From NCBI GenBank assembly GCA_003056145.1, contig LSNL01000001.1, positions 9,351-73,350 on the forward strand: a DNA stretch of 64,000 nucleotides, read 5' to 3'. The notes under the pieces were generated by a model. That model saw only the letters and a program-made list of their open reading frames with translations, was not told the DNA's origin and did no database searches. Positions 48,540 to 59,094 of the stretch are shown here, one piece after another (within the stretch, counting starts at the first letter, position 1; every line of letters starts with the position of its first letter). The DNA is from Parcubacteria group bacterium M10-OD1-1. GTDB lineage: Bacteria; Patescibacteriota; Minisyncoccia; Moranbacterales; UBA2206. Position numbers and translations under genes: made by a program.

Positions 48540-49214
48540 ATGTATTACCTTCACAGTTTAGGAATTTTTATTAGTCCTAGTATTCATTTTTTTCTTCAGG
48601 AGGGTGTTCCTTTTGATACTATCATTCTAATTCTTATGCTCCCAATTATCGCTACTTTAATTGCTTTTTTTGGACAAGTTTTAGGAATTAAAGCTTTTGG
48701 AATTTACACTCCTTTGATTGTAACCTTTGCTTTTTTAGCTACTAATGGAATTAAGTATGGCATTACTATTTTTGTTTCTATTATTTTAATTGGAATGGTG
48801 ATGCGTTTCATTTTAAAACCTTTCCGGCTTCTTTATCTGCCTCGTGTCGCTATAATGCTAACTGCTGTAGCAATTTTAACTTTAGGTCTTTTAGTTTTTG
48901 GTGGTGGGCTTAGAAGAACTGGACTAGCCGCCGTTTCTATTTTTCCTATTCTTATTATGATTACTTTAGTAGAAAAATTTGTAGCGGTTCAAATTGAAAA
49001 AGGAAATAAAGCAGCTTTAATTCTAACCTTAGAGACTCTTTTTATTTCAATTATTGGTTTTTTTATTGCTAGCTCCGAACCACTTATTAAACTCATTGCT
49101 TTGAGACCTTGGGTTATTTTATTAACTATTCCTTTAAATATTCTTTTAGGAAAATGGACTGGATTAAGAGTAAGTGAATATTTTCGCTTTAGGGAGATTT
49201 TTAAATATTTGTAA
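48540..49214 (+). CDS. 7TM membrane protein (7TM_transglut-like, ATP-grasp associated)
   Basis: LMLPI, QVLGIKAFGIYTP, LLYLPRVA, IFPILIM..LVE, LGKWTGLRVSEYFRF. Confidence 0.8.
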   Translation: MYYLHSLGIFISPSIHFFLQEGVPFDTIILILMLPIIATLIAFFGQVLGIKAFGIYTPLIVTFAFLATNGIKYGITIFVSIILIGMVMRFILKPFRLLYLPRVAIMLTAVAILTLGLLVFGGGLRRTGLAAVSIFPILIMITLVEKFVAVQIEKGNKAALILTLETLFISIIGFFIASSEPLIKLIALRPWVILLTIPLNILLGKWTGLRVSEYFRFREIFKYL

Positions 49215-49217
49215 ACC

Positions 49218-50612
49218 ATGTTAGATTTTTTCAAAAAAAGTCGCCAGATTTTAGGAATGAATTCTAGAAATTTAGAATTCATTCGTCCTTTTAATTTAAA
49301 ACGAGCTAAACGCCTAGCTGATGATAAATTAAAAAGTAAAAAAATCTTACAAAAAAATAATTTATCTGTTCCTAAGTTAATTACTAAAATTTCCTCTCAT
49401 AAAGAATTGGATAATTTTGATTGGCAATCGCTCCCTAATAGTTTTGCTTTAAAACCCAATCGAGGTTTTGGTGGAGAAGGAATTTTGGTTGTTTACGGCA
49501 AGAAAAAAGGTCGTGATGATACTTGGGTAAAAGCTAACCGCTCTTTAGTTACTATTGAAGATTTAAAAATTCATATTAGAAATATTTTAGATGGTTTCTT
49601 CTCTCTTTCTGGAACTCCCGACATCGCCTTTTTTGAAGAACGACTTCAATTATTAAAACTTTTTAAACCTTATTCTTATCGAGGAATTCCTGATATCCGA
49701 GTTTTAGTTTTTAATAAGGTTCCTATTATGGCTATGCTCCGCCTACCCACTAAAAGTTCCAATGGGAAAGCTAATTTACAGCAAGGAGCTATTGGCTTAG
49801 GCATTGATATGGCAACTGGAACCACTACAACTGCTGTTTTAGGAAAAAATAAAATAATTGATTATGTTCCTAAAACTAGAATGCTTCTTTCTGGAATAAA
49901 AATTCCTTATTGGAAAGATATTCTTGCTTTAGCTATAAAGTCACAAGATGTTTCTGGTTTGGGTTTCCTAGGTGCCGATATTGCTATTGATAAAGTTCAT
50001 GGACCAGTTATTATTGAGCTTAATGCTCGCCCAGGACTCTCTATTCAAATTGCTAATTTAGCTGGTTTAAAAGGTCGCTTAAAAAAAATATCTGGTTTAA
50101 AAATTAAAACTTTAGCTCGAGGTATGAGAGTGGGCATAGATCTTTTTGGAGGAGAGATTGAAGAAGAATTAGAAGAAGTTTCTGGAAAAAAAGTTATCGG
50201 TACTATAGAAAAAGTAAAACTTATTAGCAAAGAAAAAAATGAAATAGAAATTTCCGCTAAAATTGATACAGGCGCTGGCTTTTCTTCTATTGATACAAAT
50301 TTAGCTAAACAATTAGGTTTTGAAAAAACAGTTTCTGAATACGAAAAATTAAATATAGATTATGAAAAAATAAAAAAACTTAATTCCGAAGAAAGAAAAG
50401 AATTATTTAAAAACATTCCCGATTTAGCTGATACGATAATTGTTCACTCTTCGCATGGCACCACTTATCGACCAATGATAAAAATTTATCTAATTATGGA
50501 CAATACCAAGATTCCTGTTACTGTCTCTATCATTGATCGTTCTAATTTAAAAATGCCCATGATTATTGGCAAAAGAAATCTTCAAAGATTTTTAATTGAT
50601 GTAACTAAATAA
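49218..50612 (+). CDS. Alpha-L-glutamate-ligase-like (sugar-transfer-associated) ATP-grasp with a C-terminal RimK-associated aspartic-protease-like domain
   Basis: ILGMNSRN, DDKL, KPNRGFGGEGI, GIPDIRV, AMLRLPT..S.GKANL.QG, ELNARPGLSIQIAN; C-terminal AKIDTGA..SSID...RP...DRS.L....IIG. Confidence 0.85.
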   Translation: MLDFFKKSRQILGMNSRNLEFIRPFNLKRAKRLADDKLKSKKILQKNNLSVPKLITKISSHKELDNFDWQSLPNSFALKPNRGFGGEGILVVYGKKKGRDDTWVKANRSLVTIEDLKIHIRNILDGFFSLSGTPDIAFFEERLQLLKLFKPYSYRGIPDIRVLVFNKVPIMAMLRLPTKSSNGKANLQQGAIGLGIDMATGTTTTAVLGKNKIIDYVPKTRMLLSGIKIPYWKDILALAIKSQDVSGLGFLGADIAIDKVHGPVIIELNARPGLSIQIANLAGLKGRLKKISGLKIKTLARGMRVGIDLFGGEIEEELEEVSGKKVIGTIEKVKLISKEKNEIEISAKIDTGAGFSSIDTNLAKQLGFEKTVSEYEKLNIDYEKIKKLNSEERKELFKNIPDLADTIIVHSSHGTTYRPMIKIYLIMDNTKIPVTVSIIDRSNLKMPMIIGKRNLQRFLIDVTK

Positions 50613-50613
50613 A

Positions 50614-51555
50614 ATGAAAAAAGTAATGATTCTTTTTGGTAAGAGTAATTGGCAAAAAGCCAAACCTTTCGCCAATAAAGATTATCAATATTCTTACGAA
50701 TATTTTTATGATCTTTGTCAAAAAAATAATATTCAAATGTATCGCGCCTCTTATCAATGGTATGACTACAAAAAACATCTTTTTAAACACGCCTGGATTT
50801 TTGAAGGCAAAGGTGGACAATGGAAAAAAGTAACTAATATTAAACCCGATCTTGTTTATGATAAAACTAAAGCTCGCCGAGAGGTTTATTATAAAAAAGA
50901 ACTTATTAGAGAATATTATCCTTTTCTTAATGATTTAGAATTCACTGAATTAGTTGATGATAAATTAACTACTAGTCTTCTTTTCCCTCAATGGAGTAAA
51001 AAGAATTGGTTAATAAAAAATCAAACTGACTTAAAACATTTTTTACCCCAAATAAAAACTCGCCTAGCAGTTTTAAAGCCACTAGCTGATAGTGGCGGTA
51101 AAGGTATTCAAATTTTAAAAAAATCTGAGATACTAGAGAAAGCTCAACTAGGACGACCTTATTTATTACAAAATTTTATAGACTCATCTAAAGGCGTTCC
51201 TGGAGTTAGTTATCATATGCATGACTTGAGATTAGTCTTTGTTAATAATAAATATATTTATTCTTATATTAGAGAACCAAATCAAGGAAGTTATTTAGCT
51301 AATTTAGCTCAAGGAGGTAAACTTATTATTGTCCCTGAAAATAAATTACCCCAATCATTGAATCCAATCATAGAAGAAGTTAATGAAACTTTCAAAACTT
51401 TTTCCCCGCGAATTTACGCTATTGATTTTATGTTTGATGAAAAAAAACAACCTTGGATAGTAGAACTTAATTCTATGCCAGGATTATATTTTACCCCAGA
51501 GGAAAAACCATATATGCTTAAAATGTACAAAGAACTATTACAAGTATTTAAATAA
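50614..51555 (+). CDS. ATP-grasp ligase (YheC/D- or RimK-like)
   Basis: DDK, VLKP..SGGKGI, LLQNFI, HDLRL, ANLAQGG, AIDF, VELNSMPG. Confidence 0.8.
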   Translation: MKKVMILFGKSNWQKAKPFANKDYQYSYEYFYDLCQKNNIQMYRASYQWYDYKKHLFKHAWIFEGKGGQWKKVTNIKPDLVYDKTKARREVYYKKELIREYYPFLNDLEFTELVDDKLTTSLLFPQWSKKNWLIKNQTDLKHFLPQIKTRLAVLKPLADSGGKGIQILKKSEILEKAQLGRPYLLQNFIDSSKGVPGVSYHMHDLRLVFVNNKYIYSYIREPNQGSYLANLAQGGKLIIVPENKLPQSLNPIIEEVNETFKTFSPRIYAIDFMFDEKKQPWIVELNSMPGLYFTPEEKPYMLKMYKELLQVFK

Positions 51556-51569
51556 TCAATAAGAGGATA

Positions 51570-52436
51570 TTGAAAAAAATAAACTTCGCAATCATCGGCT
51601 CGCTAACTGAAAATACCTTAGACTTAAAAAATGAGATTAAAAAAAGAGGATTTTTTGTTTCTGTTTTTTCTCTAAATAGCGTCTTCTTGGAATTTAACAG
51701 CAATAATTTTATTGCCAGAAATAAGAAAATTTCTCTTAATGATTTTGATATTTTTCTTTTTAGAGCTTATAATAAAAACTTTAGAGAAGCTAGAATTTTA
51801 GCTGAAGCTTTACTAGCTAAAAATAAAATTGTTATTGATACTGTTTTAGGTTTAAATATGATCAATAGTAAAATTTATGAAGCTAGTAAATTAAATCAAG
51901 CAGGAATTAACTATCCTAAAACATGGCAATCAATTTGGGGGAGGAATTATAATGAGATTCTTAAAAAAATAGATTTTCCTCTTATTGTAAAACCTATTTA
52001 CGGACAAAAAGGTCAAGGAGTAGAAAAAATAGAAAATGAGCAGGACTTTATAAAATTTTTTGAAACTAATCCCAAGGGATATTTAATGCAAGAGTTTTTT
52101 AAAATTGATGGAGATATTAGAGTTTTTATTGTTAATGGAAAGATTTTAGGAGGAATAAAAAGATACCTCACAAAAAATGATTTTCGCTCAAATATTTCCT
52201 TAGGTGCTAAAATAAAAAAAATAGACCTAACCGATGAAATGAAAAAAATTGCTATTAAGGCTGCTAATGCTATGCAATATGAAATTGCTGGAGTTGATCT
52301 CATTGAATATAAAAATAAAATTTATGTTTTAGAGGTTAATTCAACTCCTCAATGGCAAGGATTTAAAAAGGCTACTGGAATTAATCCAGCTAAGGAGATA
52401 ATTACATATGCCCTAAAAAAATATGAGAAAATATAA
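51570..52436 (+). CDS. RimK-family alpha-L-glutamate ligase
   Basis: FPLIVKPIYGQKGQGV, QEF, DIRVFIV, DFRSNISLG, AGVDLI, LEVNSTP.WQG; TTG start with SD AGAGG. Confidence 0.88.
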   Translation: MKKINFAIIGSLTENTLDLKNEIKKRGFFVSVFSLNSVFLEFNSNNFIARNKKISLNDFDIFLFRAYNKNFREARILAEALLAKNKIVIDTVLGLNMINSKIYEASKLNQAGINYPKTWQSIWGRNYNEILKKIDFPLIVKPIYGQKGQGVEKIENEQDFIKFFETNPKGYLMQEFFKIDGDIRVFIVNGKILGGIKRYLTKNDFRSNISLGAKIKKIDLTDEMKKIAIKAANAMQYEIAGVDLIEYKNKIYVLEVNSTPQWQGFKKATGINPAKEIITYALKKYEKI

Positions 52437-53385
52437 AGTAGGTTTTTTAAAGAAAGCCCAAGGTGTTTTCTCTAAAAATACGATAAAAAACATAGAAAAT
52501 AAACTCAGAACTATTGATAATATTGAACTTTTTACCGACCTAGATTTTAGAAAAGCCTATGTTTTAAATGGTAATGTTTATATAGAAAATTTTAACCTCA
52601 ACTCACTTGATCTCTATTTCTGGCATGACACAGTAAAGCCAAATGATTGGAAGGGAGATAATTTTAATCTAAATATCCTTTCTGTTTTAGAAAAAAACTG
52701 TTTAGTTATTAACACAAGCCAATCAACAAAAATTACTAATGATAAATTTTTAGCCCATACAATTCTTAAAAAAAATGATTTACCCGTGGCTGACTTCGCA
52801 TTAACTAAAGCAACAGATAAAAATGGTCTCACTAAGGCATTTGAAAATCTTGGTGGTACAGTCTTGATTAAACCGCGATTTGGCGGATGGGGAGTGGGAA
52901 TAATAAGAGTTAATAGCCTAGAAAAATTATTTTCTTCAATTGAAATGCTTTTAAGTTTTTTACCAAATAAAAACCAACAAATTTTATTAGAAAAATATTA
53001 TAAAAATGATCTCAATAAATGGATTTCTGTTATAGTTATTGGAGACAAAGTTGTTTTTGGTTATAGAAAAATAATAGGAGAAAGTTCTGATTGGAAAATT
53101 TATGATCCAGACAAAAAAGACGGAAAAGGTGATAATTCTAAATATATTAATCCGCCTGAAGAATTAAAAAAAATAGCCTTAAAAGCAAAACAAGTCATAG
53201 GCAAAGATATTATAGGTTTTGATTTTATTTATACAAATGAGGGTTATAAAATAATTGATGAAAATGGAAGACCTGGAATATATCCCCAATGTTTAGAAAG
53301 CTCAGGCATTAATATTGAAGATGAAATTGTTAATCTTATTTTATCAAAAATAAAAAACCCAATCTATCTCCGTCTTGAAAAATAG
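52423..53385 (+). CDS. RimK/LysX-like ATP-grasp protein (divergent)
   Basis: VINT...NDKF, LIKPRFGGWGVG, LEKY, IGFDF, IDENGRPG. Confidence 0.78.
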   Translation: MRKYKVGFLKKAQGVFSKNTIKNIENKLRTIDNIELFTDLDFRKAYVLNGNVYIENFNLNSLDLYFWHDTVKPNDWKGDNFNLNILSVLEKNCLVINTSQSTKITNDKFLAHTILKKNDLPVADFALTKATDKNGLTKAFENLGGTVLIKPRFGGWGVGIIRVNSLEKLFSSIEMLLSFLPNKNQQILLEKYYKNDLNKWISVIVIGDKVVFGYRKIIGESSDWKIYDPDKKDGKGDNSKYINPPEELKKIALKAKQVIGKDIIGFDFIYTNEGYKIIDENGRPGIYPQCLESSGINIEDEIVNLILSKIKNPIYLRLEK

Positions 53386-53430
53386 TTCCTTTAATAGTAA
53401 ACTTGAGATAATTTAAATCAACAAATTATT

Positions 53431-55974
53431 ATGCATATATTTTCCCCAAAAAAACAAGGACCAGAAAAAGCCTCTCTTCAAAGTACTAAAAAATATACTT
53501 TTTATAAATCTTGGGGTTTTTGGTGGAAAACTTTTCTTTCTTTAGCTTTAATAGGATTTTTATCTATAGCTGGAATCTTCGCCTGGTTTGCAAGAGACCT
53601 CCCTAGCCCAGAAAACTTAACAAATCGTACCATCGCCCAATCCACTAAAATTTATGATCGCACTGGAAAACATTTACTTTATGAAATTCACGGCGAAGAA
53701 AAAAGAACAGAAATACCTTTTTCTCAAATGCCAGATACTTTAAAATATGCCACTATTGCCCTAGAAGATCAGAATTTCTATACCAATCACGGCATAGAAA
53801 TCACCGCTATTATCAGAGCTGGTCTAGCTGATTTACTTCATCGTAGTGCTACTCAAGGAGCCTCAACAATTACCCAGCAGTTAGTCAAGCAAACTATACT
53901 TTCTTCTAAAAAAACTCTTTCTCGTAAAATCAGAGAGGCTATTCTTTCTATTGAGATTAATCAAAAATACTCTAAAAATAAAATATTAGGAATGTATCTC
54001 AATCAAATACCTTATGGTTCTAATGCTTATGGTGTTGAGGCCGCTGCTCAAACTTTTTTTGGAAAACATGCTAGCGAACTTACTTTAGATGAATCAGCTT
54101 TAATTGCTTCTCTTCCTCAAGCTCCATCTCATTTTTCTCCTTATGGAAATTATACTAAAGCCCTAAAAACACGCCAAGAATATGCCCTTGATCAAATGGC
54201 TAAATTAGGCTATATCACTAAACAACAAGCTAAAACAGCCAAAAAAATAGATGTTTTTTCTAAAATAAAACCTTTTTCTGAAAAAATTTCTGCACCTCAT
54301 TTTGTAATGTATATTAAAGATTATTTAGAAAAAAAATACGGCGAACAAAAAATTGAACAAGGTGGTTTAAGTGTTTATACTACTTTAGACTGGGAAAAAC
54401 AACAATTAGCTGAACAGGCTATAAAAAAAGGAGCTGAAAAAAATGCTAAGATTTGGGGAGCCAGTAATGCTGCTTTAGTAGCTATGGATCCAAAGACTGG
54501 TCAAATCTTAGCCATGGTTGGCTCAAAAAATTATTTTGATAAAAGTATTGATGGTCAAGTTAATGTAGCTATCCGTCCTCGTCAACCAGGTTCTTCTTTC
54601 AAACCTTATGTTTATTTAACCGCTTTTGAAAAAGGTTATACTCCAGAAACGCAAATTTGGGATACTAATACAAATTTTTCTACTGAAGATGGGAAAATTT
54701 ATGATCCTAGAAATTATGATGGAAAAAACATCGGTTTAACTCATATGAAAAATGCTCTAGCGATGTCTTTAAATGTTCCAGCCGTTAAAACACTTTATTT
54801 AGCTGGAATAAAAGATTCTATTAAAACTGCCAAAGAAATGGGAATAACTACCCTTAATCATCCAGACCGTTATGGTTTATCTTTAGTTTTAGGTGGTGGC
54901 GAGGTAACTCTCCTTGATCATGTTAACGCTTATTCTACTTTTGCTACTGGAGGAATTCATCATAAAACTGTTTCTATTCTTAAAATCGTAGATAGTTCTG
55001 GTAATATATTAGAACAATATAAAAATAGTCCCGGAGAAAAAATTGTAGATAAAAAATATGTCGCTATGATTGATTATATTCTTTCTACTAATTCCCTTCG
55101 CGCTCCAGTCTTTGGCGTAAATAATCCCTTGCGTTTTGATGATCGACCAGTAGCTGCAAAAACAGGAACTACTAACGCTTGGCGAGATGGTTGGACTATT
55201 GGTTATACACCTTCTTTAGTAGCTGGTGTTTGGGCTGGTAATGATAATAATAGTCCTATGCGAGCTGGGGCTGATGGTTCTTATGTTGCTTCTCCAATTT
55301 GGAAAGATTTTATGGAAAAAGCCTTAAAAAATTATAATATAGAACATTTTCCTAAATACAAAAAAGAAGATACCGGAAAAGATATTATAGATGGAAAATT
55401 AAATATTAAAAAAGAATTTAAGGTTTGTAAAATTCCAGGAACAAAACATGATTACTGTTTAGCTAATAATATTTGTCCAAATAATAAAATTGAAAAAAAG
55501 AAATTTTCTAATATCCACACAATCTTATATTATATAAATAAAAATGATCCACTTGGAGCTCAACCAAAAAATCCAAAAGATGATCCACAATATAAAAATT
55601 GGGAAAAAGGAGTTCAAAAATGGTTAAAAGATAATAAATCATCTAGTAATATTCCCCCCACTAAAGACTGTAAGGAGAGTGATTTTAAAAAATACAAACC
55701 ATCTATTAAAATAATAATTCCCTCAAATAATCAAATAGTTACTACCTCCTCATTACCTATTAAAGCTAATATTTCTGCTGATTATGGAGTTAAAAATATT
55801 ACCATTCAAATTAATGGTAATAAAATTCACTCTACTAATAATAATTCTTTAAATTATACTTATTCAATACCAGAAAAAGAAAAACACACCACTCTTAATA
55901 TAAAAATTTCTTTGGAGGATAATAATGAAAATACAACTTCTGACAATTTAAGTATTCAAACTAATATTCCTTAA
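53431..55974 (+). CDS. Class A penicillin-binding protein (PBP1A family)
   Basis: Transglycosylase EDQNFY.NHG, GASTITQQLVK, RKIRE, YLNQI; transpeptidase SSFK, SLN, KTG; Ig-like C-terminus. Confidence 0.95.
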   Translation: MHIFSPKKQGPEKASLQSTKKYTFYKSWGFWWKTFLSLALIGFLSIAGIFAWFARDLPSPENLTNRTIAQSTKIYDRTGKHLLYEIHGEEKRTEIPFSQMPDTLKYATIALEDQNFYTNHGIEITAIIRAGLADLLHRSATQGASTITQQLVKQTILSSKKTLSRKIREAILSIEINQKYSKNKILGMYLNQIPYGSNAYGVEAAAQTFFGKHASELTLDESALIASLPQAPSHFSPYGNYTKALKTRQEYALDQMAKLGYITKQQAKTAKKIDVFSKIKPFSEKISAPHFVMYIKDYLEKKYGEQKIEQGGLSVYTTLDWEKQQLAEQAIKKGAEKNAKIWGASNAALVAMDPKTGQILAMVGSKNYFDKSIDGQVNVAIRPRQPGSSFKPYVYLTAFEKGYTPETQIWDTNTNFSTEDGKIYDPRNYDGKNIGLTHMKNALAMSLNVPAVKTLYLAGIKDSIKTAKEMGITTLNHPDRYGLSLVLGGGEVTLLDHVNAYSTFATGGIHHKTVSILKIVDSSGNILEQYKNSPGEKIVDKKYVAMIDYILSTNSLRAPVFGVNNPLRFDDRPVAAKTGTTNAWRDGWTIGYTPSLVAGVWAGNDNNSPMRAGADGSYVASPIWKDFMEKALKNYNIEHFPKYKKEDTGKDIIDGKLNIKKEFKVCKIPGTKHDYCLANNICPNNKIEKKKFSNIHTILYYINKNDPLGAQPKNPKDDPQYKNWEKGVQKWLKDNKSSSNIPPTKDCKESDFKKYKPSIKIIIPSNNQIVTTSSLPIKANISADYGVKNITIQINGNKIHSTNNNSLNYTYSIPEKEKHTTLNIKISLEDNNENTTSDNLSIQTNIP

Positions 55975-56249
55975 TTTATTTTTATATATTTAATATTCTC
56001 TCTACCTAATTTATTATTAATTTTTCTAATAATTTTTCTTTTGTTTAAAAATAATTCATTTGCCCAAACACTACTAGTTGATTTTATAAAAATTGTTTTA
56101 TTCTTATAAAAATCTGGCTGAAATTTTCCAAATCCAATACTTCCAAATTCCTCTTTAATAACACTATTAAACATATAAAAAATATCTTTATTGGATAAAT
56201 TTATTTTCAGACTTTTTCTCCTTTGTAAAAGATTTTTAAGTGATTTCAA
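55971..56249 (-). CDS. DUF721/DciA-like helicase-loading protein
   Basis: TIFIKSTSSVWANELFLNKRKIIRKINNKLG pattern; directly downstream of dnaN. Confidence 0.75.
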   Translation of the reverse strand: MKSLKNLLQRRKSLKINLSNKDIFYMFNSVIKEEFGSIGFGKFQPDFYKNKTIFIKSTSSVWANELFLNKRKIIRKINNKLGRENIKYIKIN

Positions 56250-56277
56250 TTTTTTATTTAAATAATTTATTGAGTTT

Positions 56278-57435
56278 TTAGTTTTTTACTGGCATAACTA
56301 TATAAATTAATTCCTCTGAAATTTCATTTGTTTTTTCATTAACTTCTTTTATAGCTACTGGAGTTAATTCTGTATTACTTAAAATAGCTATTTTAGAAGA
56401 AGAAATTATATTAACTCCATCTAATAAGTATTTTGAATTAAAAACTATTTCTTGAGATACTCCTGTAATCTCAAAATTAACCTCTGTGGAGTTTTCTCCT
56501 GTTTCTGAGTTAGCTGATAACATAAAGATTTTTTTATTTTCCTGGTCAATTTTAAGCGTAATCTCACTACTATTATTAGAAGAGAAAATACTACTTAATT
56601 TTATAGCATTTTGAATTATAGATTTATCTCCAATAATTTTAGTTTTGTATTCTTTAGGTATAATTTGTTTATAATCTGGATATTTACCATCAATTAAACG
56701 AGAAACTATTTTAATTCCATCTATTTCAAAAAAAATCTGACTTTCTTCAATAGTTATTTTTATTTTCTCATTAAAATCATTACTTATTATTCTATTAAGT
56801 TCTATTATCGTATTAGAAGGAACTATTATATTATTATTCTCTTTAATAAAATTATTATAAATTTCATTATTTAAAGTAAATTCAGTAGCTTTTATTTTAA
56901 ATTCCGCTAATCTAAAACTATCCGTAGCTGCTAAAGATATTTCCTCTTCATTAAAAATAAAATTAATTCCTGTTAATTCTTGTCTTGATTCATTTAAGGC
57001 GACAGCCGATAAAACACTACTTAAAGCTTTTTTTAATTTATCTGCTGAAATTTCTAAAAGATGATCGTTTTTTTTAATTGGTATTAAAGGAAAATCATCA
57101 GCAGGAATTCCCATGATAATAGCTTTATTTTTACTACTTTTAATTTTTAATTTATTATCAACCACTTCTAAGGATATATTATCCTCACTTAGTAAATTAT
57201 TAATAAAATTACTAATTACTTTAGCTGGAATAGTAATTTTTCCTTCTTTTTCTATTTTTGCTCCTATTTTAGAAGATACGCCTATTTCTAAATTAGTAGC
57301 TGATAATCTTAATCCTCCATTATCTGTTTCAAATAAAATATTATTTAAAATAGGTAAGGTATTTTTCTTAGCTACTACTCGTTCACAATTAAAGATAGCT
57401 TTTTTTAAATTTTCCTGAGTGCAAATAATTTTCAT
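56278..57435 (-). CDS. dnaN: DNA polymerase III beta sliding clamp
   Basis: LPILNN, ATNLEI, DDFP, ATDSFRL, SRLIDGKYPDY, FNSKYL, YIVMP. Confidence 0.97.
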   Translation of the reverse strand: MKIICTQENLKKAIFNCERVVAKKNTLPILNNILFETDNGGLRLSATNLEIGVSSKIGAKIEKEGKITIPAKVISNFINNLLSEDNISLEVVDNKLKIKSSKNKAIIMGIPADDFPLIPIKKNDHLLEISADKLKKALSSVLSAVALNESRQELTGINFIFNEEEISLAATDSFRLAEFKIKATEFTLNNEIYNNFIKENNNIIVPSNTIIELNRIISNDFNEKIKITIEESQIFFEIDGIKIVSRLIDGKYPDYKQIIPKEYKTKIIGDKSIIQNAIKLSSIFSSNNSSEITLKIDQENKKIFMLSANSETGENSTEVNFEITGVSQEIVFNSKYLLDGVNIISSSKIAILSNTELTPVAIKEVNEKTNEISEELIYIVMPVKN

Positions 57436-57714
57436 AATAGTATTATTATAGTTAATTTAATTAATATAATATTATTACTAATACTATAAAAGGGTATTCT
57501 AGTTGATAACTAGAAATAACAGTTTAAATAAGGTAATAATATTAGTGGACAATTAGTGAATATTTGATGTTTTATAGGGTAGGTAATGAGGTGATTAAAA
57601 TGAGAAAAAACTTTTTTTAAAAAAACAATCATCTTAAGAACAGGGATATACTTATTTTAAAAACATACTTATCTACTTACTTATCAATATGTTATTAACA
57701 ACTTATTAACAAAA
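57436..57714. other. Probable oriC (dnaA-dnaN intergenic region)
   Basis: Clustered degenerate DnaA boxes (ttatctact, ttatcaata, ttattaaca x2 at about 57669-57711; agttgataa 57501; agtggacaa 57544) and an AT-rich tract next to dnaN; apparent C-rich to G-rich change on the + strand around here, judged by eye. Confidence 0.7.
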
Positions 57715-59094
57715 TCAATCAATGAGATATAATTGTTCTTTGATATATTTTAAATCATTAGCTAATTTTTCATCTGTTTTTAAAATTTGGGTAATTTTTT
57801 CACAAGCATGAATAGCAGTTGTGTGATCTCTTCCTCCTAATTTACTACCAATTCCAGGATAAGAATAGTGTAATTCTTCTCTCATTAAATACATAGCTAT
57901 TTGTCTTGGTTTAACAATTTCTTGCTTTCTATTCTTAACAATTAAATCATTAATATCAACTTCATAAAATTTAGAAACAACTTTAAGGATGTGTTTATGG
58001 TTAATCCCTTTTTTTATACTACTGGCTATAATATCAGATAAAATTTTCTTAGTATAATCTAAATCTAATAATTCTTTAGTCAATTGAGAAGAGACAGCCA
58101 CTCTATTGAGAGCTCCTTCTAATTCACGGATATTATTTGTTATATTCTCTGCTATGAATTCTAAGGCTTCATTGGTAATTTCAATATTATCTAAAGAGGC
58201 TTTTCTTTGTAGGATAGCAATTCTAGTTTCTAAATCTGGCTTAGAAACATCAGCAATCATTCCACCTTCAAAGCGAGAACGGAGTCTTTCCTCTAAAATT
58301 TGAATAGCTTTTGGTGGTCGGTCACTAGAAAGAACAATTTGTTTATTTAATTGATAAAGATAATTAAAGATGTGAAAAAATTCTTCTTGAGTTTTTTCTT
58401 TTCCGGAAATAAATTGAATATCATCAATAATTAAAAGGTCTATTTTTTGATAATCCTCTTTAAATTTATTGATTTTTTGGCTTCTAATAGAATCAATTAG
58501 ATCACTAGTAAATCTTTCAGAAGAGATATATTTAATCTTTAATTGAGAATTATTTTTAATACTTTCATTGCCAATAGATTGAATTAAATGCGTTTTTCCT
58601 AAACCTACTCCTCCATAAATAAAAAGAGGGTTATATATATGTCCTAAATTTTGAGAAACAGCGAAACAAGCCGCTTTAGCTAGTTCATTACTACCACCAA
58701 CTATAAAATTTTCAAAAGTATATCTAGGATTTAGATTGCTTTGTGGACTAATTTGACCAGAATTAATATTATTAGAAGGAATTATTCTTTTAGGTGGAAT
58801 AATAGCATCTACGGGATTTTCTGACGTTTTTAAGGGGGAAGGTTTGTGTTTATTGGTTATTTGACAAGAAATAGATTGAATTTCTTTATCTAAATTTTTT
58901 AAAGTCCGTAAAATATATAAATTATACTTATTTTCTAGCCATTCCTTAGCAAAACCATTAGGAACACTAATAACAACATGACCATTTGTTTTTGATAAAA
59001 TGGAAGTGTTTTTAAACCAGGTAATAAAATTAGCTTTTGAGATTAATAATTCTATTTCACCTAAAGTGGCTTGCCAAAGTTCTTCATTTGTCAT
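57715..59094 (-). CDS. dnaA: Chromosomal replication initiator DnaA
   Basis: LNPRYTFENF, YNPLFIYGGVGLGKTHL, LIIDDIQF, TQEEFFH, RLRSRF, RELEGAL, PRQIAMYL, GGRDHTT. Confidence 0.98.
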   Translation of the reverse strand: MTNEELWQATLGEIELLISKANFITWFKNTSILSKTNGHVVISVPNGFAKEWLENKYNLYILRTLKNLDKEIQSISCQITNKHKPSPLKTSENPVDAIIPPKRIIPSNNINSGQISPQSNLNPRYTFENFIVGGSNELAKAACFAVSQNLGHIYNPLFIYGGVGLGKTHLIQSIGNESIKNNSQLKIKYISSERFTSDLIDSIRSQKINKFKEDYQKIDLLIIDDIQFISGKEKTQEEFFHIFNYLYQLNKQIVLSSDRPPKAIQILEERLRSRFEGGMIADVSKPDLETRIAILQRKASLDNIEITNEALEFIAENITNNIRELEGALNRVAVSSQLTKELLDLDYTKKILSDIIASSIKKGINHKHILKVVSKFYEVDINDLIVKNRKQEIVKPRQIAMYLMREELHYSYPGIGSKLGGRDHTTAIHACEKITQILKTDEKLANDLKYIKEQLYLID

